This document shows positions 56,401 to 64,000 of a stretch of DNA of 64,000 bases, piece by piece. The notes beneath the pieces were generated by a model. It was not told the origin of the DNA. It did not search any database and worked only from the letters and a program-made list of their open reading frames with translations. Source of the DNA: Euryarchaeota archaeon UBA58 (GTDB lineage Archaea; Thermoplasmatota; Poseidoniia; Poseidoniales; Thalassarchaeaceae); NCBI GenBank assembly GCA_002498525.1, contig DAHR01000008.1, positions 3,089 to 67,088 of the forward strand, in the 5' to 3' direction. Every line of letters starts with the position of its first letter. Position 1 is the stretch's first letter. Both the position numbers and the translations under genes were made by a program.

Positions 56401-58293
56401 GACGCAGAACAGCAGATAATCATAGTACGCCTCACTCGAGACCGAGTAGTTGAATGACATCGTACCGGCGTTCATCGCACCAGCATATTCGAGGGTCGAG
56501 TGTTGATTATGCACGATTGCTCCGGATTGGGCCGTATGATTTCCAGCTAATACTTCGCTGCTCTGAACCGCCCAACCAGCCGCTCCACTAGACGCCCAGC
56601 TGCCGGTCAATACGCCGTTCTCGAAATCGCCATGGAAGTCTGTCAACTCCTCTGTCGGGTAGAGGAACATCTCCCCGCCAGCGTCGGTGGTCTGCACTGT
56701 CGTGCCATTGCAGGTGCGCGCGTGAACACCGACTTGACTCATGTCTGCGCAGTGTGCGAGAGTCATCATGTGGTGACGCACATGGGTGTCGTTGTAGTAG
56801 ATCGTGCTCGGTCCATAAGCGAGTGTGCCAGCGACCGGCACGGGTGTTATGCCTGCTTCAAGGCAGGCGTCGTGTGACTCGTTAGCGCTCTGGTAATCAT
56901 CGTCGTAGAGCGCAGGGGATCCGCCGAAAGGCCCCTCGTCAGAGACTGGAATTACCAACTTGGTCGCATTGGGATTCCAGACGTGATCTGCTGCTGTCGG
57001 CGGATTGCCGGGCATCGCACCGGTGCCATCTCGCCATGACATGCAGGCCCAGGTCGAGCCCGGCCCCCACATCTCCGAGTAGTAGCCCCAATCCGAAGGA
57101 ATTGTCATCGCACTGCCGTTGTAGACGACCTCGGTCAGAGGTCTGATTCCACCCGAGGTGTCGGTCGTGTTCTGGCCCAGAGCGGTGCTGCGCGGTCCAT
57201 TCGAACCGTCTGCGCCAGTCGTTATCGCGCTGGCGCAATTGCTGTGCGAATTGGCATTTTGCATGTTGCCGCTCAGTGTGTAGAGCGTTTCGAGGACGGT
57301 GATGTTAGCATTCTCAAGCATCGTCTTGATGCCGTTGAAATTCTCGCCAGTGGTCAGTGTGCCGCCATAGAAGATTGCGCACATGTCGATCCACTCGGTA
57401 GTCATCGAGCCGGATGAATCGATCAGGGCGACGTATTCTACCAGACTGCCGCGGGTGTCTTCCCAGACGATGACGACGGTGTTGTTGGTACCCATACTCA
57501 CCGCTGGATTGCCTCGGTGACCGAGGGCTGGAGTGATGAGGGTGGCGTTGATGAGGACCTGGAAGCCGTTGGTGGAGTCCTGTGCTAGCATCATGTAGTA
57601 GACCAGTGGACTGTTGAAGTACAGTCCCTGAGGGTCGTATGAATCGACCCAGACTACGTGGACGGCGTCGTAGGAATCGACCGCTATATCTGGCTCGGAA
57701 CGGGTGCCTGAGCCGCTGGCGACCGAATAAGGTGAGACCACAGTCATGTTGCTGAGGTCGCCGGCCGAGCCGTCTTGATCATCCGCGGATGGGTCGAGCA
57801 ATGTGTAGAGGATCTCGATGTCGGTGACCTCCCAGACGATGTGAGCACGACCGGCCGAATCGACGACGAGCGCGGGGCTCGAGAGAGATGTCGAATTGTT
57901 GTCTCCGACCTGGGTGGTCGAGATTAGAATCGTGTCGATGCCGGTCGAGATCTGAATGAGCGCGTATTGAAGCAGAGGCGTGCTCGAGTTCTCGATCCAG
58001 ACGAGGTGAATCTTGTTGGAATCATCTAGAACCCCCATCACATCGATTGGATTGTTGGCGTTGAGATTGGTCAGAAGCGTCTGAGCGTCACTCTCCTCAA
58101 TCGTGCCATTCGCGGTATGGAACCTGACGGATTCATCCTCCAGAACAGCTGAATGGCTGGGTAGTGAAGGGACTGCGACCGAGGCCAACATCAGCATGGC
58201 CAAGGCTATTGCGAGTTGGGGACGATCGAGATTTCCTCGCAGCGATATCTGCATGTTCGGGTTGTTACTTCGGAGGTTGGCGCTTCGGACCAT
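53419..58293 (-). CDS. Giant (1624 aa) type-I membrane-anchored surface protein: propeller-like repeats, vWA (MIDAS), jelly-roll module, ~400-aa thrombospondin type-3 Ca-binding repeat tract
   Basis: Signal/TM is LAIALAMLMLASVAVPS. Recurrent blades (IHLVWIENS, AHIVWEVTD, VHVVWVDSYD, VVIVWEDTRG, IHVVWIDGRS, IHITWFETQ). MIDAS-type ALIDSSGSM. About 20 DxDxDGxxDxxD units encoded at ~53756-54965. C-terminal TM LLMTIMVSLAFVAMAGATL plus a ~80-aa tail. Confidence 0.85.
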   Translation of the reverse strand: MVRSANLRSNNPNMQISLRGNLDRPQLAIALAMLMLASVAVPSLPSHSAVLEDESVRFHTANGTIEESDAQTLLTNLNANNPIDVMGVLDDSNKIHLVWIENSSTPLLQYALIQISTGIDTILISTTQVGDNNSTSLSSPALVVDSAGRAHIVWEVTDIEILYTLLDPSADDQDGSAGDLSNMTVVSPYSVASGSGTRSEPDIAVDSYDAVHVVWVDSYDPQGLYFNSPLVYYMMLAQDSTNGFQVLINATLITPALGHRGNPAVSMGTNNTVVIVWEDTRGSLVEYVALIDSSGSMTTEWIDMCAIFYGGTLTTGENFNGIKTMLENANITVLETLYTLSGNMQNANSHSNCASAITTGADGSNGPRSTALGQNTTDTSGGIRPLTEVVYNGSAMTIPSDWGYYSEMWGPGSTWACMSWRDGTGAMPGNPPTAADHVWNPNATKLVIPVSDEGPFGGSPALYDDDYQSANESHDACLEAGITPVPVAGTLAYGPSTIYYNDTHVRHHMMTLAHCADMSQVGVHARTCNGTTVQTTDAGGEMFLYPTEELTDFHGDFENGVLTGSWASSGAAGWAVQSSEVLAGNHTAQSGAIVHNQHSTLEYAGAMNAGTMSFNYSVSSEAYYDYLLFCVDNPTCSASSFTAAWSGESNGTYSAAVSAGYHTYTWKYSKDGSVDGGSDAAWIDEVTLPIASYTDEMNQLVDAIINLTTGSGATNTFLTVLNPYSMLSNPRSTWSMGEPAHTIDEVTGQYQEDIGPDTDWYWREDGGGWDEIGHFVLVNDTRLTTGQGWALNPDVNVDDDGNIHVVWIDGRSQFPSKEGPSQLHYMQIDPTRGGVLDGEADGLDLEATTVVKDTAIPQSNLMWGANPRVDFDRDGSIHITWFETQEAKDGTEGIVELRWTRIQSPLMNGFEELPLNRYLTQAYSVVNTRTIASSTQNLMGIFGSEFSASAQPIVKFAWPERTIAWTANDCTNEESQANKWDVCMWSEDLFDMTLDIDADETGSASMVSGQSIDVGMTLRGILIPGESDIVLIDVAGAPEFWEISVGFGENYQPTSTLVEGGSEEVNLLIRAPDIRQVNEDQSFDIVVTVRSSTDEFATAEEVVHVNLINENDWNDDDQDGIADEDDLCQWGEADWISNAMNDHDGDGCKDATEDEDDDNDGILDALDECPVGVMNPDRIDLDNDGCDDEREDTDNDGDGVPNHLDQCPNGAQYWAAYSTDHDGDGCRDADEDDNDDNDPYLDINDNCPTGIIGWTGSAYDHDSDGCQDLEEDLDDDGDGVLDRDDSCAFGMLDWTSNEINDHDGDGCHDVYEDADVDDDGVLDKDDACTAGKFGWESSPITDWDGDGCHDAEEDLDDDNDGYLDTEDQCIRSLAPNIIDADADGCDDRNEDTDLDNDGIPSSEDNCETNPTPGWVSSLSSDRDRDGCKDSTEDDDDDGDGILDVDDACPMSIRITIDHDFDGCMDEYDLDDDNDGIPDTRDQCPHGAIDWKSNKNTDIDADGCQDSSEDKNLPRGIVATIRDSPLLMTIMVSLAFVAMAGATLQTRRRVRHNDLVRDDTQSVIHDMEDAERGVWGVKTEAIQQPKVVDDGSDEQFQNLVETGYSPEVARAIVASEEALRGRSGK

Positions 58294-58403
58294 GCTGGTG
58301 CAAAGCCTTGCTCAGCCATAGAGGGGGAGCCGGACAGGTCCGAAATCCGGCGTTTTCAGTCTCTTTCCAGCCGCATTCAAGAAAAATTCTCCCATCTTAT
58401 TCT

Positions 58404-58509
58404 GCCACAATGTTCACTGAGTTCACAAAGATAAATCCAGTGGCTATCTCACTACTCTTCTACCGAAGGATGAATTCCCTCTGTGATCGTTGTGTGCTCT
58501 GTGAGAGGC
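58404..58509 (-). repeat. Intergenic imperfect-palindrome element, copy C (inverted orientation, diverged)
   Basis: The reverse complement of 58478-58509 (CCTCTCACAGAGCACACAACGATCACAGAGGG) matches the copy B left arm (CACAGAGCACAC-N4/5-TCACAG). 58404-58430 is a degenerate match to the right-arm complement. Confidence 0.5.
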
Positions 58510-58519
58510 ACATTTTGGT

Positions 58520-60166
<1,647 letters not shown>

Positions 60167-60203
60167 GCTCGGGCGGCCTGCCTCTCGTTGAAGTGTCCTT
60201 CGC

Positions 60204-61442
60204 TCAGGATTGTAGGGCTGCGAGGTGGGATTCGTTGAGCCTCTCCCACTCGAAAGCACCGTTTTCCAGAGGTGGGCGGCCGAAGTTGCCGCCCGCGGCA
60301 GTCGCCGAATAGAACGGGCGGCGTAGACGTAATTGGCGGGTGATGACCGCTGGTCTGAAGTCGAAGACCTCGGCCACCTTACGAGTCAGGTCCGAGTCCG
60401 TCATCACCCCGGTTCCGAAGGTCTCGACGCGCAGGCTGACAGGTTCAGCCACGCCGATGACGTAGGCGACTTGGATCTCGCAGCGGCGCGCAAGCCCCGC
60501 TGCAACCACATGCTTGGCAGCCCAGCGTGAATAGTAAGACGCGGAGCGGTCGACCTTGGTCGGGTCCTTGCCGCTGAAGGCTCCGCCACCGTGACGAGCC
60601 ATGCCGCCATAGGTGTCGACGACAATCTTGCGGCCTGTGATTCCAGCATCTGCGTACGGCCCACCTGGGTCAGCGAAGCGACCCGTTCCATTGACTACCA
60701 ATCTGTAACCATTCTTCAGCCAGTTCGAAGGAATTGCATGTTCGACGACTTCGCTCTTGATAATCCCCTGAATGTAGTCCTGCTCGGCATCTTCGTCGCC
60801 GCCGAATCGATCCTTCAGCGCATCGTCATGTTGAATCGCCACAACGACAGTGTGAACGTGGCTGGGCTCACCTGCATCGTCGTATTCGACCGTCACCTGA
60901 CTCTTGCCATCCGGTCGAATCCAAGGAATCTCTCCGCTGGCGACAATCATGTCGAGGCGGCGACAGATACGCTGTGCGAGGGCGGCTGGAAGTGGGAAGA
61001 AGCGTCCGGCTAATTCCTCGCTCGCCTCGGTCTCGGTGCAAGCATAACCGAACATCATGCCTTGGTCGCCTGCACCGACATCATCAGCCGAATCACCATC
61101 AACACCTTGAGCGATATCGGCAGATTGAGTGGTGATTCGTACATCAACTTCGCAGAGTTCTTCAGAAGTCGCATCCATCCCTATGGAGTGGTCTGTGTAG
61201 CCGATAGCCGCAGCGGTGCTGCGAGCAATCTCGGCATATTCAGGAGCATTGCCGTTCAGACTGACCTCGCCGGCGAGGACGATGAGGGTCTTGTCAGCCA
61301 TTCCCTTGACCAAAGTCTCGACGGCCACGCGTGCGTGCGCGTCGATTGTCAAGCAGGCGTCGACAATCGCATCTGAGATCGCATCGCAGACCTTGTCCGG
61401 GTGGCCCGCGCATACCGATTCGGAGGTGAAGAGAGCTGCCAT
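60204..61442 (-). CDS. metK: S-adenosylmethionine synthase, bacterial/eukaryotic MetK type
   Basis: FTSESVCAGHPDKVCDAISDAIVDA, GAGDQGMMFGYA, DTYGGMARHGGGAFSGKDPTKVDRSASY. Collinear with E. coli MetK along its whole length. Confidence 0.95.
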   Translation of the reverse strand: MAALFTSESVCAGHPDKVCDAISDAIVDACLTIDAHARVAVETLVKGMADKTLIVLAGEVSLNGNAPEYAEIARSTAAAIGYTDHSIGMDATSEELCEVDVRITTQSADIAQGVDGDSADDVGAGDQGMMFGYACTETEASEELAGRFFPLPAALAQRICRRLDMIVASGEIPWIRPDGKSQVTVEYDDAGEPSHVHTVVVAIQHDDALKDRFGGDEDAEQDYIQGIIKSEVVEHAIPSNWLKNGYRLVVNGTGRFADPGGPYADAGITGRKIVVDTYGGMARHGGGAFSGKDPTKVDRSASYYSRWAAKHVVAAGLARRCEIQVAYVIGVAEPVSLRVETFGTGVMTDSDLTRKVAEVFDFRPAVITRQLRLRRPFYSATAAGGNFGRPPLENGAFEWERLNESHLAALQS

Positions 61443-61539
61443 GCTCCGCCGGTCAATCTCTCCTTCTTAGCGTTTGAGAGATCTGAATATCCTCACTGGC
61501 TGACAATTCGCCAGACGATCCAAGTGTCCGCCCAATGCT

Positions 61540-61796
61540 CGCTTAGGGTGGCTTCGTCGTCGATGTCGCGGACCTGTGTCAAGAAGGCGAGCCTCAATGC
61601 CAGGGCGAATGTGATGTCGCCAACGTCTTGGTCCAGGTTGCTGATGGTGCGAAGCAAGGTGGTTTATCCTGAGCCGTTATGCCCGATTACGCCGATGCGA
61701 TTGCCTTCGTCTATGCGAAGGTTGACCCCTTCCAGAACGGTGAGAGGTCCGAAGGCCCTGTGGACCTCCTCGAGTCGAATCAGCTCTCTAGCCACA
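61540..61796 (-). pseudogene. Decayed 5' fragment of an ABC-F paralog (first ~85-95 codons) with stop at the Walker A lysine codon
   Basis: Minus-strand translation is (V)ARELIRLEEVHRAFGPLTVLEGVNLRIDEGNRIGVIGHNGSG*TTLLRTISNLDQDVGDITFALALRLAFLTQVRDIDDEATL. The intact gene reads MARELIRIEDVHRAFGPLKVLDGINLRIDEGDRIGVVGHNGAGKTTLLRTISNQDQDLGDIAFAPGLRLAYLTQIRDIEEDATL. GTG replaces ATG, and TAA replaces the Walker A Lys codon at 61664-61666. Confidence 0.8.
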
Positions 61797-61829
61797 GCCT
61801 TCGCGAGAGCCGCCCCTACAAGTAACCGA

Positions 61830-62546
61830 TTACTGACTAGAAGCCAAGATGATTCCGTCTGGCTGTTCCAATGGTGCCGGCTCGTCCAATATTATCGAGA
61901 ATCCGGCTTCCGCTAGGAATCCCTTGCACGATTCGTGAATATCGGCACCATGGGTGCCTACTATGATGGTGGAGATCCTCGCCGCCATGCTGGGGTCGGC
62001 GGCTAAGTCCCGGCAGATCCCTTCTTCCGAACCCTGAACGTCCATGCTAACCAGTAGGTCAGAGTTAGGCACGGATTGTAGAAGGCCCCCCATATCGACG
62101 AGTTTGACGATCATAGAGTCGCCATCCTCTGCCGAGTTTGCAGATTTCACGGATGCCCCGTACCCGAATTTTATCTTCATCGGACCGTCGTTAAGCCCAT
62201 CCTTTCCAACCACTGCGGAGTTGAATACAGAAATCCCATTAACCCCATTAATCATAGATCCCTCGAATATCCTGCTGCACATCTTCGGATGCGCCTCTAC
62301 TGCGAAAACATCCAGATCTGGGCGTGTCTTCTTGGCGAGTAAAGAGTAGTACCCCCATGCAGCGCCAATGTTCAGATATGCCCCCCTCTCAGATAGGGAC
62401 CCGAGGGCCTCCAGGAAATGCCCTTCCTCCTCAGGCTCGTGCAGTATCCCGAGCGTGCTGCTCTTGTACCTCTTGATTTGATGCGGAGTCAACCATTTTC
62501 TCGGGACTGCGATGGAGTTGTCGAACCTGAATAACCTCACGAGCAA
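61830..62546 (-). CDS. FkbM family methyltransferase (low-GC gene)
   Basis: YLNIGAAWGYYSLLAKK...DVFAVEAHPKMC...NSAVVGKDG pattern of the FkbM family. Visibly lower GC than its neighbours. Exact start is uncertain (TTG 62546). Confidence 0.65.
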   Translation of the reverse strand: MLVRLFRFDNSIAVPRKWLTPHQIKRYKSSTLGILHEPEEEGHFLEALGSLSERGAYLNIGAAWGYYSLLAKKTRPDLDVFAVEAHPKMCSRIFEGSMINGVNGISVFNSAVVGKDGLNDGPMKIKFGYGASVKSANSAEDGDSMIVKLVDMGGLLQSVPNSDLLVSMDVQGSEEGICRDLAADPSMAARISTIIVGTHGADIHESCKGFLAEAGFSIILDEPAPLEQPDGIILASSQ

Positions 62547-62831
62547 ACCAAGGATTATTAGTATTTGAACTGATACCAGTCAATACCCATTCGATTGAAG
62601 CTATGGGGTGCCTACTGCGATATTACTATGCCCTAGAATCTACCTTCTTGGGGGGTCCACGAGATCTTCCCTTTCGCTTCACCAATCCAGTACTCCCACT
62701 CCCTTGCCTATCCTGTGTCAGCGGAACCCTCGACAGCAACCCACCTTGGCCGAACCAAATGAGTCTGAACGCGATTACAACTCTGCGCAGAACCGCCGTA
62801 GCATTGAGAAAGGAAGTCGGTTCGGCCAGCC

Positions 62832-63560
62832 ATGGCAATCGCGATGGAAAAGCAGCAGAGGGTCTTTCCCGAGCAGGTGATCGAGGGAAAGCCAACTCTC
62901 TATTCATTCCAGTCCTGTCCCTTCTGCTTCAAGGTCCGCGCACTTCTAGGAAGCCGCGGAATTCCCTTCAGTGAGGTCGAGGTCGAGCCTATGAAAAAGG
63001 CTCAACTCGAATGGTCAGAATGGGACGCAGTACCTGTTTTCGTCGACTCGAATGGCAAAGCGATGAACGAGTCGAACGATATTTTGCATTACATCGATGG
63101 CAAGCATGGTAACCTCTGGGCACGAGCTGGTGAGGATGCCGAACAGGACCGTTGGATGGAGTTCAGCAACAAGGTTCTGGGCAAGTCGATCGTCGCCGTC
63201 ATCTACCAATCATTCCGCAGTTCCTTCGGCGCCATGGAATATGTCTCGAAAGTCGACAATTTCACCGCCAAAGAGAAGTTCGTCAACAAGTGGATGGGTG
63301 CCATGGTGATGAAATTCGTCGGCAGGTCGCGCGCAAAGATGTTCGATGAGCCTCCGCGCGAGAACATGAAGACGCAACTCGATTTGATGAGTACTGGATT
63401 CAATGGAGATTTCTTCGGCGGCGATTCGCCGAACGGTGCTGACTTCGCCAATTACGGAATCCTCCGCTCGATGCAGGGCTTGAACGGCTTCGACATCGTC
63501 GAATCGCACGAGACGGTCTGGGCTTGGTACAACCGCTTGCAGATGTTCTCTGGCGTTTGA
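62832..63560 (+). CDS. Glutathione S-transferase / Grx2 / mPGES2-like protein (CPFC active site)
   Basis: PTLYSFQSCPFCFKVRALLGSRGIPFSEVEVEP...VPVFVDSNGKAMNESNDILHYI thioredoxin-fold N-domain, plus a helical C-domain. Confidence 0.65.
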   Translation: MAIAMEKQQRVFPEQVIEGKPTLYSFQSCPFCFKVRALLGSRGIPFSEVEVEPMKKAQLEWSEWDAVPVFVDSNGKAMNESNDILHYIDGKHGNLWARAGEDAEQDRWMEFSNKVLGKSIVAVIYQSFRSSFGAMEYVSKVDNFTAKEKFVNKWMGAMVMKFVGRSRAKMFDEPPRENMKTQLDLMSTGFNGDFFGGDSPNGADFANYGILRSMQGLNGFDIVESHETVWAWYNRLQMFSGV

Positions 63561-63603
63561 TCGGCCGAAAAAAAACGGCGCTGTGCACCGCAGTTGGCCG
63601 CTT

Positions 63604-64000
63604 TCAGGAATTGATCATGACTTGTTCCGGGTGTTCTTTCTCGAGACGAGCCGCGCTCGCCTCGTCTATCCAACCGCGAATCTCGGTTTTGTCCTTGCGA
63701 GTCATCACATCGATGACCATCGCCTCTCGGTGGACCCTCGCAATCAGAGCTGCAAGTGGTTCTTCGCCCGTACTGAGGGTCAAGGTCAGCGGTGGTCCGT
63801 GTAGCGCTGTGAGGATCGCTGCGCGCAATTCCTCGAGGCCAGCCCCAGTATGCGCGCTGACGATTAGCGGTTTGAGCAGTCCGACCTCTTCGACAGCGCT
63901 GACCGCTTTTCGCAAGTCCTCCTCATCGCACAGATCCGCCTTGGTCAGCAGGATGAGAGTCAGTGGCCCGACCTCGTCCTCCATGCGCTCAAAGAGTTCG
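63604..64000 (-). CDS. GTP-binding protein, 3' portion (HflX/Era-class); continues beyond window
   Basis: G4 LLTKADL, G5 VSAHTGAGLEEL, then a ~70-aa C-terminal domain. The frame stays open from 63984 to the window end. Confidence 0.5.
   Translation of the reverse strand, partial: ELFERMEDEVGPLTLILLTKADLCDEEDLRKAVSAVEEVGLLKPLIVSAHTGAGLEELRAAILTALHGPPLTLTLSTGEEPLAALIARVHREAMVIDVMTRKDKTEIRGWIDEASAARLEKEHPEQVMINS

Noticed and set aside
61401-61916. 171-aa + strand ORF spanning the metK-FkbM spacer.
   Set aside because: It is antisense to the ABC-F 5' remnant, whose minus-strand translation aligns with the intact ABC-F N-terminus. The + frame has no recognisable features.

Overview
GC-rich archaeal chromosome segment, densely coding with about 50 genes. 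The archaeal assignment rests on a uS13-uS4-uS11-RpoD (Rpo3) operon, the DNA polymerase D large subunit, primase PriL, an Nre-family protein, MptE and a pantoate-kinase-like gene. I infer a planktonic euryarchaeon of the Marine Group II / Poseidoniales type. That inference rests on the acidic proteome, a giant thrombospondin-repeat surface protein and many bacterial-type genes (AceE, MetK, ABC-F, BolA/Grx4, FumC), and it is not proven. I found no rRNA, tRNA, CRISPR array, transposase or integrase. The most anomalous locus is an 855-bp gene-free, T-poor, purine-rich spacer between two convergent genes (38181-39035). It holds three ~40-nt direct repeats, four C(UUCG)G hairpins, many GGGG and GGA tracts and ORB-like boxes, so it may be a large ncRNA, a protein-binding array or an origin-like element. 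Other notable items:
- A ~110-nt imperfect-palindrome element present four times in intergenic spacers.
- An in-frame ribbon-helix-helix::fumarase fusion.
- An archaeal homolog of the eukaryotic CDIN1/C15orf41 nuclease.
- A bacterial-type metK bracketed by an ABC-F gene and a decayed copy of that gene's 5' end, next to a low-GC FkbM methyltransferase.
- A zinc-ribbon insertion in RpoD.
- A sensor-less wHTH-NB-ARC STAND NTPase.

The ORF track counts GTG and TTG as starts. Several starts were moved to internal ATG or GTG codons where homology indicates a shorter protein.
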